Origin: Octopus sinensis
Lineage: Eukaryota
Direction: 5' to 3'
Assembly (NCBI RefSeq): GCF_006345805.1
Contig: NC_043002.1
Span: 30,442,001 to 30,506,000 of the forward strand
DNA: 64,000 nt
A program made the translations under genes and the position numbers. The notes under the pieces were generated by a model, which saw nothing but the letters and a program-made list of their open reading frames with translations, was not told the origin of the DNA and made no database searches. The number at the start of each line of letters is the position of its first letter. Within the stretch, counting starts at the first letter, position 1. This document shows positions 50,879 to 64,000 of this stretch, in pieces.

Positions 50879-51110
50879 GTGTGTATATGTTTGTGTGTGT
50901 CTGTTTTTATCCCCCCCCCCCAACATCGCTTGACAACCGATGCCGGTGTGTTTACGTCCCCGTAACGTAGCAGTTCGGCAAAAGAGACCGATAGAATAAG
51001 TACTAGGCTTTTAAAGAATAAGTCCTGGGGTCGAATTGCTCGACTAAAAACGGTGCTCCAGCATGGCCGCAGTCAAATGACTGAAATGAGTAAAAGAGAG
51101 TAAAAGAGTC
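50757..51110 (+). mobile_element. SINE family A, 5'-truncated, low divergence
   Basis: Starts at GTGTCTTC within a SINE B copy; arms are near consensus. Confidence 0.9.
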
Positions 51111-52247
51111 TTACTCAAGGCGGTGAGCTTGTAGAATAATTAGCGGCATTTCGTCCGTTTTTGCATTCTGAGTTCAAATGCCGCCGAGGCTGACGTTCAT
51201 TTTCATTCCCCCGAGGTGGGGGGGGGGGGGCGATAAAATAAGTATAGGTTGAACACTGGGCTAGATGTATTCGCCATACACAAATTTCAGTCCCTGTGAT
51301 TATAGTAGGAAGGTTGTTTTTTTTAACCCAAGGCGGCGATCTGATACAATCGTTATTACACCGGACAAAATGCTTAGTAGGATTCCATCCGTCTTTATGT
51401 TGAGTTCAAATTCTGCGGAGGATGACTTTACCTTTCATTCTTTCTGGGTCGAAAAAAAATATGTATCAATTGGACACTGGGATAAAGTAATCGACTCGCC
51501 TTTTCCCCCCAAATATCAGGCATTGTGCCTACCGTAGAAAGGATTAGTTTAAACTTACTCTCAACGGGTAGCTTTCACCCAGATGACGAGGCAATCATCG
51601 TACGAATTTGAACTAAGAAAATAAATGAAAAGAAAATTGCGATATGATCGAAACGAAGAAGAGATAAACTAACTAAAATAGCTACTTGAAAAAAATATTT
51701 TAAAATACAATGTACCATAATTATAATGCTATAATCCTTTTTATTCTCTCCGTTTAAATATCTTTTTAGCCATCTCTCTCTCACTCTCTTTCTATGTTCT
51801 ATCTAATTTTTAATAATCACCGTTGACACTTTCAATATTAACGAGGAATCTATATATCACCTGGCGTTCACCATCTCGCGCGTCACTGAAGCGGAACCGT
51901 GAAGTGTCTCAACACATTAAGCTTACCACTCTCTCTCTCTCTCCTCTCTTATTCAAATATACCCTATGCTGCCACTGATAACACCAACACCACGACAAAA
52001 ATATCATGTCAAAATATTCCACGCTGTCAAAAGATGTCCGTTACGCTTCAAGCCAGGCATTTGAAATTTCGTTTCTTGACAAGACTAAGGAGTATAGTAA
52101 AAGATTAAACTGCTGACTACTTGATAACGTTACTTCGTACACACACACACAACATACATTCATTAGCTATACATATATATGTCCAAAAAGATACTACCAA
52201 GAAATGAGACTATTGACTTAAAAATAATTGAACATTTGTATAGGAGT

Positions 52248-52326
<79 letters not shown>

Positions 52327-52334
52327 TATGATGT

Positions 52335-52735
52335 AATGTTATTCTTTTTTATTTGTTTCAGTCATTTGACTGTGGCAATGCTAGAGCACCGCCTTGAAGG
52401 GATTTAGTCAAACAAATTTACCCTAGGACATTATTCAGAATCCTAGTACTTATTATTGGTGTCTTTTGCCAAACCGCTAAGTTACGGGGGCGTCAACACA
52501 CCAACACCGGTTGTCAAGCGGTGATAAGGGTACAAACACAGACACACACCATAGATACACAATTGCACATACACACACACACACGATGGGCTTCTTTCAG
52601 TTTCCGTCGACCAAATCCACTAACAAAGCTTTGGTCAGCCCGAGGTAGAAGACGCTTGCCGAAGGTTCCACGGAAATGTACTGAACCCAGAACCATGTAG
52701 TTGTAAAGCGAACTTCTTACAACACAGCCACATCT
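52335..52735 (-). mobile_element. SINE family A
   Basis: Both arms present. Confidence 0.85.
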
Positions 52736-53252
52736 TTTACTCGCTTCAGTCGTTAGGCTGCGACCATACTGGGGCACCACCTTTTAGAAATTTAGCTGAA
52801 TGAAATGATAGCATTTATTCATTATCTTTTCAGCCTGGCAATACATCTAAGTCCTAATTTGCAAATGACTTTAAAAAACCCCAAAACTTGATATTAGTTC
52901 CCTTCGAGGGCAGAGGAAAGAAGGAGGGGCTTGTCTTCTGATATATAGTCAAAGGAATGCTAGAAATGTTAGGACACTCTCCTTTGTTTCTCTGTATACA
53001 AAGAAAATAACAACTTGCAGTTACATCTGTTTAAAATTTCACAGCGAAACGTATAAAAACTATACCATAGCAAATTTGAATTAATTTATCTTATGGTTTC
53101 CAAAGCGTATGGTGTTCTGCAAAAATATTTTCTCATTGTGTTCGACGTTTTTTTGGTGTCCTGTACCCATATATGCATGTATATATACATGTAGAGGTAG
53201 GTACGTACATATATGTATGTATATATGCATATATTTTATTTATTTATTAATT

Positions 53253-53295
<43 letters not shown>

Positions 53296-54251
53296 TTGTG
53301 TCTGTGTTTAACCTCTACCACCGCTTCACAACTGGTGTTGGTGTTTTACGTTCCTGTAAATTAGCGGCTCGGCCAAAGAGCGGGATCGAATAATTCATAG
53401 GGTTCAAAAAACAAATCTTAGAATCGATTTGTTCGTCTAAAACCCTTCAAAGCGGTGCCTAGCATGGTCGCAGTCTAATGACTGAAACAAGTAAAAAACA
53501 GAAGGTAAATGGAACTACTGCTAGGTTATAAGTCTGATTCAACAGCGCTAATCATGGGTCACACAACACCAATAAGCCTTTTCTTATCTTTTTATGGAAA
53601 ATCCTCCCATCTTACTAAACAGTTTGTATAAATGGAAACCAAATACTTTGGTCGTATTTTCCACCAGCCATTCAACAGTCTCTCGAGTGAGCTGTCGTTA
53701 TGTTTGGGGACAAATCCCATGTAATTATCGGCATGGGAGAGCACATCAGTAGTGAAACTGATGACATAAAACAGTGGATGTGCATCCAACCTCTACGCCG
53801 CCTGGTGAGAAATGCACAAAACAAATGACAGAGCAAACACTTGTCACAGACACCACCACGAGTCATTAAATGAAGTGGGGTCGCAAAGAAACGAGCGCGG
53901 AGGCGGGATGCAGGGAAACCGAAATTAATCCCAAAGGAATTTGAATTTACATCGTAAAGCGATGTGCCTAAATTTGTCGCTCCACCGATTTTGCTTCTCT
54001 TTATTCTCAATTTCCATTACTTTATTTTTCCTTCTCTTTCTCTTTTTTACTCCTCCTCTTTCCTCTTTTTGTATTTTACACTTCATTTATGACACTCTGT
54101 TTCACTCTCCCTCTCTCTCTCTCTCTCTCACTAATCTCCTATCTCTCTATTCATAATCCTCTATATTCTCTCTCTCTCTCCCTTTCTTTGTTTCTTTATA
54201 TTTCTCGACCTCCCTTTCCCTTTTTTATCAGGTTATCAAAATCAAAGTAAA

Positions 54252-54272
54252 AGGTCACAGTGACCGGAAGTG
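54252..54272 (+). promoter_or_regulatory. Perfect palindromic ERE (GGTCAcagTGACC) overlapping an ETS consensus (ACCGGAAGTG)
   Basis: AGGTCACAGTGACCGGAAGTG in apparently non-repetitive DNA; function untested. Confidence 0.4.
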
Positions 54273-54861
54273 GCGTGTTATAGAGTCAAATGACCAACCC
54301 GGAATGACGATTTCATATCACTATCACGGCAGAGCAATTTTAATCACCACCACCACCATCACCATCACCACCACTACCACTACAACTACACCAGTGATAG
54401 AATCACCAGCACACCATCACCACCTCCAGCATCACCATCGCATTATTATCACCATCAACACCACCATACTATTACTGCCATTACCTCTCACTATACACCA
54501 GTTCCCCTACTACTACTACTACTACTACTACCTTCGTCGTTACTACCAACCCCGTCATCATTACCATCACTGCATCTCTCTCCCCTGTACTGTCACCACC
54601 ACAAACACGAACAACACCACCCACTACGACTAGCATAGCGTATCGCCAACATCACCACCACTACCTTACCACCTTCACCAATATCCATTCACAAAGCTTA
54701 GCCCGAAGTTATAGAAGAAAACACTTGCCTAAAGTGAACTGGAAACTATGTAGTTAAGAAACAAACATTTTACCTCACAGCCAAGTCCGTCTTGATTTAA
54801 TTACATTTAAAATTTTGTTGGAGAAAGAAAACAAATCCTATTAAAAAAATTTTGTGACTTA

Positions 54862-55460
54862 AGGTGGCGAGCTGGCCGAAACGTTAACACGCTGGGCGAA
54901 ATGCTTAACTGTATTTCGTCGGCCGTTACGTTCTGAGTTCAAATTCCGCCGAGGTCGACTTTGCTTTTCATCCTTTCGGGGTCGATTAAATAAGTAACAG
55001 TTACGCACTGGGGTCGATGTAATCGACTAAATCCCTTTGTCTGTCCTTGTTTGTCCCCTCTATGTTTAGCCCCTTTGTGGGCAATAAAGAAATAGGCATT
55101 TTGTCTCTCTTTGCGTTCTGAGTTCAAATTCCGCCGAGGTCGACTTTGCCTTTCATCCTTTCGGGGTCGATAAATTAGGTACTAGTTACCTACTGGGGCC
55201 GATGTAATCGACTTAATCCGTTTGTCTGTCCTTGTTTGTCCCCTCTATGTTGAGCCTTTTGAGGACAATAAAGAAATAAGAAACGTTAGCACGCCAGGCG
55301 AAATGCTTAGCGAGCGGTATTATCGCCTGGCTGTACGTTCTGAGTTCAAACTCTGCCGAGTTCAACTTTGCCTTTCATCCTTCGGGGTTGATAAATTAAA
55401 TATCAATTGCGTACTGAAGTCGATTTAAACGACTGGCCCCCTCCCCAGAAATTTTGGGAC
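54862..55460 (+). mobile_element. Head-to-tail trimer of SINE family B
   Basis: Three GAGTTCAAA..GCCGAG.TC.ACTTTGC.TTTCATCCTT units; the first two have tail type 1, the third tail type 2. Confidence 0.85.
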
Positions 55461-56289
55461 TTGTGCCAAGAGTAGAAAAGAATAATTGTCTGTAAGTTGC
55501 TAGAAATAATAGCCAAATCTGCCTCAAATCACCACAGAAAATAGAATGAATATGTTGAATGATATACGTTGTGTTTTTGAGCATTTCGCGCTCCAGTCCA
55601 CTTAGTTGTAAATTACTACCCATTACAGCTAAGTTCTGTCCTATTCAAGGGGAATGTGATCTCTGTCATTTATATGCCGTGGAAAACATGTATTCTTCGC
55701 TATGGGTCCTAGGACTCAAGACAGTAATGTCCACATATTGGTACTGATGTTAATATTCACGGTTGGAGTGTCAGCGTTAATTCTACTTTACGCACGACAT
55801 AACTTTTTTGAAAGTTTCAGAAAAAATTGGCGAATTTGTATTATACACACCGGAATTCATACGATTATGCAAAAGCCGAAACCGAAAAAACTTTTTGGTA
55901 TGTAATGGCTATTTGGCTGTTACTTTTAGCACATCTCACGACTATCTCATACCCTCCTCGTTTGTTTTGTATTGATGCTTTTTATCTTTCCCGCCATAGA
56001 CACATTTGATGGTCAATTGCTGGGATTTAAATGAAGGATTCGGTCTGTATTTTAAGCTGTAATAAAAAAAAAATCGAAAAATTAGTTTTTTCTTTTAATT
56101 TAAGAATTACTAAAAAAATTAAATTTTCATAGTTTGTGTTAATTCCCGTGTTTCTAATCATATATCTATTTTACAGATCCGTCATAAAGCTAAACAACTA
56201 TTACAACTAAAAGGGTAATAACCCAATTCGGTCATGAGTGATCTTGAGATTGAACCTAGAACGTTATCCTCCGAGGCACAAGTCCGGGC

Positions 56290-56545
56290 TAGGTTGTTTA
56301 TAGAAACCCAGCAGTCGCCCACCCCACCCTCCTCATACCACCGATGTTATCCAAGAGGAAACAAAGGTCGGTACAGGATGGTAAAAGTGACGACGAAACT
56401 CATTTCTACAGCTGTGTGAACTGGAGCAACGTGAAATAAAGTGTCTTGCTGAAGACCACAACACCACACAGCCCGGTCCGGGAATCGAATTCACTACCTA
56501 ATGATTGTAAGCCCGTTGCTCTAAACACTCGGCCATGCGCTTTCA
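56290..56545 (-). mobile_element. tRNA-derived SINE with a CORE-like domain
   Basis: Minus strand GCGCATGGCCGAGTG..TTCGATTCCC head, then CAGCAAGACACTTTATTTCACGTTGCTCCAGTTCACACAGCTGTAGAAATG, resembling the MIR/OR2 CORE; a related copy is at ~59420-59550. Confidence 0.65.
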
Positions 56546-56559
56546 TTACTACTACTACT

Positions 56560-58240
56560 ACTACTACAACTACTACTGCTGCTGCTGCTGCTACACCACC
56601 ACCACCACTACTACTACTACTACTACTGCTGCTGCTGTTGCTGCTATATGATACTCTGAGGACCACCCCACTCCTCACCAATCGTAAATGACACGGCCAT
56701 GACCCATCGTTGATCAATCAACTATCTACTAACTTCATCATTAAATTTACTACCATCACCACTCCTTCTACCATTACTACCACCTCCATCACCAACACCG
56801 TCACCACCATCATAGCTAATATGTCAGTGACTACAAGGCGCTACCCACCATCAAATAGCAAAATCTACATCAGCAAATACCTCAGCACATTACCACCATC
56901 ACCTACACCGCCACGACAACAGCGACCACTATCACCTACACCGCCACGACAACAGCGACCACCATCACCTACGCTGCCACGACAACAGCGACCACCATCA
57001 CTACCACCACCTAATCATCACTATGATCAACATACAACCACCACAACCACCACCGCCATCACCACTTACTATTACTACCACCATCACCATCGCCACTACT
57101 TACAGCATCACTACTAATACACTGCCATCACCACCATCACCACCAAACCCCACCACCACCATCATCATCAACACCACTACTACCGTCACCTCACTACCAA
57201 CACCACCACCACCATCAATAGCACCACAGCTATCAACACCACCACCATCAACACCACTACCACCGCCATACCCATCGCCATCACCACCAGCACCACCACC
57301 ACCGCCAACTATGACAACTACAACCCCGAACAACTACGACCACCACCATCATTACCACCGTTAACTCAGTAATACTTATTTCTTTATTGCCCACGACGGG
57401 CTAAACACAGAGGGACAAAGGGATTAAGTCGATTACATCGACCCCCAATGCGTAACTGGTACTTAATTTATCGACCCCGAAAGGATGAAAGGCAAAGTCG
57501 ACCTCGACGGAATTTGAACTCAGATGGTAACGGAATACTAAAGCTACAACCACCGTCAGCAACAGCATCCCCACCATCGCCATCAATCACTACCACCATC
57601 CACATCACTACTGATAACATAACAACAACTACCCAACACATTCACTTACCTAAATCCTCCGCCATTATCACCACTTACCCATCACCATTGCTACTAATGT
57701 TACTAATATGATCGGCTCCACTATCATCAAGCGTCACCACCAATGCCTCCTCAACTACTACCGCCACTACCAGACCCTAGCACCACCAGCATCACCAGCG
57801 CTACCGAACTCCACCACTACCACCATCACTACCAAGCACCACCATCATCACTATCACCACCACCATCATCATGAACACCACCTCTACCATCACCTCACTA
57901 CCAACAACACCACCACCACCACCACCACCATCACCACCACCACCACCATCAATAGCACCACCGCCACCGCCATCACCACCACCAGCATCACCACCACTAC
58001 CACCGCCACCACCAGCAACAGCAGCAGCAGCAGTAGCACCACCACCACCACTACCACCACTACAATCACCACCACCACTAACATCACCACCATCACCACT
58101 AAGCACCATCACTATCATCACCATCATCAACATCACCACCACCACCACCACCATCAACAGCACCAGCGCCGCCGCCGCCGCTGCCGTCGCCACCACCACC
58201 ACCACCACCCAGTGAGGATCAAGTACCACTACACATCACC
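56560..58240. repeat. (CCA/CAC/CTA)n low-complexity tract with a 33-bp x3 tandem (56894-57005) and a SINE B insertion (57365-57530)
   Basis: Seen directly; unit CCACCATCACCTACACCGCCACGACAACAGCGA. Confidence 0.85.
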
Positions 58241-58534
58241 AATCATTCCATCAATCAAAAAGCGATATGTCCCACTAAATTGTCCACATCCTGGTAAAGC
58301 TAATGATGATTTGTTTCTTACACAAAAGGCCAATTTGTTATAGTTGTTGTTGTAGTTGTACAACCCCCACACCTCGCCAATCTCATCCCCATTCTTGTCG
58401 ACCCGATGCCAACAGTCATATGATCAAAGATGTTCCATCCATGGCCATCCTTTTTTGTAATTAGACAGTTGATCTGGAGCGCGTTAAATTCACGCATACC
58501 ATATCTTAGTGAAAACGATATATAATGATATATA

Positions 58535-58975
58535 CAAAGGCACAGGAGTGACTGTGTGGTAAGTAATTTGCCTACCAACCACACGGTTTCGGGTTCAGTC
58601 CCATTGTGTGACACCTTGGGCAAGTGCCTTCTGCTATAGCTTGTGGCTGACCAAAGCCTTGTGAGTAGATTTGGTAGACAGAAAATGAAAGAAGCCCGTC
58701 GTATATATGTATGAATATATATTTATATATGTGTGAGTGTGTGTGTGTGTGTGTATGTGTGTGTGTGTGTGTCTGTGTCCTCCTAACATCGCTTGACAAC
58801 CAATGCTGGTATGTTTACGTGCCCGTAAATTAGCGGTTCGGCAAAAGAGACCGATAGAATAAGTACTAGGCTTACAAAGAATAAGACCTGGGGGCGATTT
58901 GTTCGACTAAAAGCGGTGCTCCACCATGGCCGCAGTCAAATGACTGAAACAAGTAAAGGAGTAAAATAGTAAAAG
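58535..58975 (+). mobile_element. SINE family A, full length
   Basis: Head, (TA/TG)n centre, right arm and tail. Confidence 0.9.
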
Positions 58976-59787
58976 AATGATTTGAAAGTAATAGTGAGGA
59001 TTACAGGTCGTTGTCATCGTCGTCATCGCTATTTTCGTTATCATTATTGCACTCGTCGGTTTTGTCGGTTTGCCGACATCGATGTTATTAAATTCATTGT
59101 ATTTAGTTCGCTCTGATCGAACAAATTCATAATGACAGCTTGCAGAAGTTTTAGAGAGTCGAATAATAATAATTATTGTTTTAAAAGCCAGCAATTTCAG
59201 GCGATAGAACAAGTCGAATACTAGTACTTATTTAATTAACCCCCAAAGGATGGAAGTCAATGTCGACCTCAGCGGAATTTGAACTCAGAAAGTGAAGTAA
59301 ACATGCCTGGCGTTTAGTTCGCAAAGAGCCGGAGTAATTACCAGAAAGCATCTTGGTCTGCCGGACCACAGTCCTGAATTGAAACTTTATTTATTGATCT
59401 CAAGTAAACGAAAGTGAAGGGGGCGTGGCTAAATGGTTAGAATTCACAGTAACGATCTCCGGATCGTAGTTTCGATACCTGGGCCAGACTGTGAGTAGTG
59501 GTTTTGAGCAAAGCCCTTCAGTTCGTACTTCTGCGGTTTATAAATGAGAATCCTCCATCAGATTTGCGTCACATGGGGGGGGGGGTATGATGATTTCGGT
59601 CACTTATACTGCATGGAAACAGAGTAATCGATCCTATGACTCCAATAACTCAAGGCAGTCATACCCAGGGAGTTGTTGTTGTTGTTGTTGATGATGATGA
59701 TGAATTAGAAGTAAAATTCACCTTGGCGCGATTTGAACTCAGAGCAAAAGTAGTCAGAACGAATAACGCAAGTCATTTCGTCTAAAC

Positions 59788-60129
59788 CAATGTTCTCAAC
59801 TACTCTTTTATCTGTTGACACATTTGATAACTATTTTACCCAGGTTGACCACCACAACAATTTGACGTTTAAAAGCTGGCTTTATAGATATTTCTTTGAA
59901 AATTCCAATTTTGTTTTTCACGTATCAACTTCTGTTGGTTGGACTATGTAAAATGATAGAGAAAGAAACAGAGCTTTTTTTCTTTGTAATAGCTACACCT
60001 AACGTAAAATTATTTTATGGACCTTTAATATGCCACTGTGGGTCTCCATTTTACTATTTTGCTTGTGTAAGCCCCCAATTTTTTATAAGGACCTCTAGGG
60101 GTCATAGGGATCCCGGTTGAGAACCACTG
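59788..60129. mobile_element. hAT (Charlie-type) MITE
   Basis: TIRs CAATGTTCTCAAC and GGTTGAGAACCACTG; imperfect 8-bp TSD GTCTAAAC / CTCTAAGC (NTCTARAN type); no ORF. Confidence 0.75.
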
Positions 60130-60362
60130 CTCTAAGCACTAATGCTTTTACCAATTCATCGCCCAGAAAAAATAGAAATGCTTTATCCAAACTTCGGTGG
60201 ATATAAAAATCTTCTACATTTTATTTGCTTTTTGTTACAAAAATAATTATTTTTCATTTACCGAATTTTCGAGAGGCGACTATAGAGTTGTCCTTAAAAC
60301 CGCTTCATCGCAAGCAGCTAAGCGATAAGAATCGAACCCATGTCTGCTCGTTCATATATATA

Positions 60363-60413
<51 letters not shown>

Positions 60414-61224
60414 GTAACTACTACAAATACTTATTAATATTAATTTACCATTTTCCTCATTTTCTTTCATGGAAACCAATACATTTTGGTAAATTTTTTT
60501 GCTAAGAAGTATATTCACCGTTCATTCCCAGAATAATGTAAACGTTAAATCTAAATTTAAATTTAATTTCATTTTTGAGGTTAGAGGTCGTAAGAAAAAA
60601 AATATAAATTCCTTCCATGATCAGAGGTTATTAAGCTATTACGATGAGGTGACAGAATCTTTAGAGCGTCGGATAGAATGCTTGTCAGTATTTATTACAG
60701 CTCTCTGCGATCTGAGTTCAAATCCCACCAAGAGCAATCTTTGCCTTTCATTCTTTCGAGGTAATGTAATAATGTATTACTTCAGAGTAATGAATTGACA
60801 GAATGACTGAGACGTGAGATTAGATACTTGTGATGTTTCTTCCAGCTCTGAATTTAAATTGTTTCCCTGCATAGAGCTATAGCCATCTACAGTCAGTCTG
60901 ACAGAATAATATTTCAGTCATAGCAATACACACATACACACATACATGTATGTGTGTGTGTGTGTGAATAATTATACCTAACTCAATGATTATGTATCAT
61001 ACACACCAGCCTCTTATAATTTTGATCGCTGTTTAGGAGTATTCAGTAATAAAATTGTGAACTCCCTGGGGTTTCTGGTGCCCAGGCTTGAAACTGCTTA
61101 CATAGAGAATCCTTTGTTTGCTCATCCAGTGTCTATATTATTTAGCAGCGATGGGCCAAATGATAAGGAAATATCATAGAACTATACCTCAGCAAAAAGT
61201 TAAGAATTACAATATCTATTATAT

Positions 61225-61420
61225 TCTATTTGTTTTAGTCAGAAGATTACGGCTATGCTGGGGCACCGATTTGATAGGTTTTGGTCGATCGAATAAACCC
61301 CAAATTTAACTTTAAACCTGGTGTTTATTCTATCGACCCATTTTGCCTAACCGCTAAGTTACGGGCACGTATATAATCCAACACTGGTTATCAAGTGCTT
61401 GGTGGGGAACAGACACAATA
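61225..61420 (-). mobile_element. SINE family A right arm, old copy
   Basis: Degenerate GCTATGCTGGGGCACC..CTAACCGCTAAGTTACGGG. Confidence 0.65.
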
Positions 61421-61909
61421 CAAAGCATGTACACTTGTATATGTGTTCAATCCCCAAGCATGTATTAATTATTTTGTCCTGTACTCACATTTCTTTGAAA
61501 CGAGTATTCCTATTTTATTTGCACGTTAGTATTCAAAGAAAATCTAAAATTTAAATTTAAATTTAATTACATCTAAACACCATTCGACGAAAAATAAATC
61601 ACAGCTGCATTTGAATTCATGATGCTAGCTGCATTTGGCCGCAGAATATTCTCAAACAATCGTAAACCATTTTTAAGAATAAAAAAAAGAAAAACGTCTT
61701 AAACAGAGTATTTCGTTCACTGTTTCTTAATTACTATAATGTTAATGGGTTACATACCATATTTGCATGCGTTTTGCAAATGGCGGCTAAGTTACATCCC
61801 TTTATTTGTGGACTTTCTAATATATTTTATTTTGTTCAATTTTCTAAGGTTATTTTAAACAATAAATCGTCTAATAGTCTCCCTATGTTGATACGATATA
61901 AATTGAATA

Positions 61910-61992
<83 letters not shown>

Positions 61993-62212
61993 CTGCACTT
62001 GATGTTGTTTTTCTTGTTTCTGCGAGTGCTCCAGTCTCACCCAGAGACTTCAGAACAGCAAGTTGGCCGTTTAATGTGGGTGCTATTTACGCATAACAAT
62101 ATCTAATATATATATTATATAAATATATATATATAGATATTACATATTACATATTATACATATATATATATTATAGTAGATATATATATCTATATATATA
62201 ATAATTATCTAC

Positions 62213-62247
<35 letters not shown>

Positions 62248-62879
62248 GTATAACATATATATATATACTATATATATTATATATATAATATATATATATA
62301 TATAATAATAATCTCAGAATGAGATTTGAAACAGTAATCGCTCGATAATGAAAGTATAGAAGCCATCTTATAATGGCTAACCACATTACCCCCTCCCCAA
62401 TGTGGTTAGCCATGATAAGAGGCCTATACTTTACATTATATATATATATATATATATATATACATTTTCTTATTTGTATATAATATATATATATTCACAG
62501 ACTTACACTATATGGCAATAATAGTGAGGATGCAAGAAGGTGGCTATGTGCGTTGTGAGGTACAGAACTGTGAGAGACTCATCTATAATATCCACGTTAT
62601 AAAATATTTTGTAGTCTTTCAGGTTTATCCTGAAAACCAACCAGTCATTATCTAAGCATTTACTTCAAAATGTACAGAACGACATATATTCTATCGTCAT
62701 GGAATTGAGTTAAAATATAACATAGATATATTTTCTTCCGATTGTTACGTTGCAAAGAAGCCCAGCGCTTAGTCCAGTTTGTAAGTTCTTCGTCAAGACA
62801 TTTACATTGCAAATACACCTCCTTACTTCTTTCCTATAAAAAAGACAAAAACAATAGAAATGATCATGAATCTAATTAC

Positions 62880-63280
62880 ACATCATCATCATAATCATAT
62901 CATCATCATCATCATCATCTTCATCATCATCATCACTACCACTTCCATCACAAGAAGCCTGTTATAACACATTTATCCTTATGTGCATTATCACCATCAC
63001 CATTTATCATCGTCATCATCATTGGCGTCGTCATCATCAGCTTTCTCATAATCATCATTATCAGCATCACCAAGCAACAATGTCATCATCTTTGCACCAT
63101 AATTTATTTTGTCATCGTCGTCGTAGTCGTCAACGTCGCCGCCGTTGTCATCGTCGTTATCATGGTCGTTGTCATCATCGGCATCAGCATCGTCGTTGTC
63201 GTCACCGTCGCCATTACCATCATCATCATCATCATAATTATCATCATCATCTTCTCGTCATCGTCATCATCTTCCGCGTC
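62880..63280. repeat. (CAT/CGT)n low-complexity tract
   Basis: Seen directly. Confidence 0.85.
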
Positions 63281-63880
63281 GTCAACAGCAAACTGAATTT
63301 TCCAGAAATCCCATTTATTAGTAATGGAAAGTGTAATGTTATCGATTATTACAGATGTAGAGGAGAACGTTGGGGTTTGGCTGGCTGGCTGGCTGGTTGG
63401 TTGGTTGGTGTTTGGAAGGCGTTTCTTGATTGTGTACGGTGTACGGTGGAGTAGTACCATGCTGTAGCATATGTATGCGTGCATGTATGCCTCTGTGAGC
63501 GCCAAAGTGTATCTGTGGGTATGTGCGTGTGTACACGGTAATATATATGCTGTTGTTGGCTGGTGTCCGATGGTGGTGTGTGGGTATAGATGCCAGGATG
63601 GTGTGAACGACATGTTATATATGAACAAGAAGAAGGAAAGAAGTGGGAGAGAAGGAGAGAACTGACCAATCAGAAACGATAGTTGCTTGCTGGACATGGC
63701 TTGATATCCTGTCAGAAACAATCCCTATGAAATGTAATCTATGAATGGTCAATATTTACCAAACATTGGTGCTATGAACTTTCACAACTGTTTCATTATT
63801 ACCAACAAGTGAAGGCTTCAAAATCGATTACATACAGAGAAATTGTATATATTACACCATCACTCACGTTTCTATATATG

Positions 63881-63917
<37 letters not shown>

Positions 63918-64000
63918 TTATCTATCTATCTCTCCTTTCTTGTCTATGTCTCTTTGTCTATCATCTATCTATCTATGTATCTATCTATCTATCTATCTAT

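Noticed and set aside
57708-58343. 211-aa His/Thr-rich ORF and overlapping Pro- or Gly-rich ORFs
   Set aside because: These are translations of (CCA/CAC)n low-complexity DNA, open in several frames, with no domain or splice support.

Overview
Repeat-saturated, AT-rich eukaryotic non-coding DNA (intergenic or a very large intron), most likely from an octopus; this is inferred from the tRNA-derived SINE families and the extreme microsatellite load, not from a database search. I found no intact host protein-coding gene, and nearly all ORFs in the supplied track are translations of microsatellites or repeats. The only long real reading frames belong to a young, 5'-truncated CR1-clade LINE (19382-22688, about 50% GC) whose ORF2 has just one frameshift and one nonsense codon. 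The window also holds about 20 copies of a SINE with an internal microsatellite, many copies of a second SINE, two mariner relics, hAT relics and a MITE, decayed Penelope-like, R4-like and HERO-like retroelements, and a U6 snRNA pseudogene fused to a SINE. The most unusual signal is a set of minimal type-I hammerhead-ribozyme motifs (CUGANGA / stem II / GAAA / palindromic stem III) in at least four unrelated short repeat families. One of these families has a tRNA-derived Pol III head, and another carries two motifs in tandem 336 bp apart. Most copies have core substitutions, so activity is a family-level hypothesis. Other candidates are a 31-nt microexon, an ERE overlapping an ETS site, a 550-bp foldback and an inverted SINE pair. 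Repeat coordinates are approximate (about +/-15 bp) unless a motif is spelled out. All family assignments come from motif recognition, not alignments.
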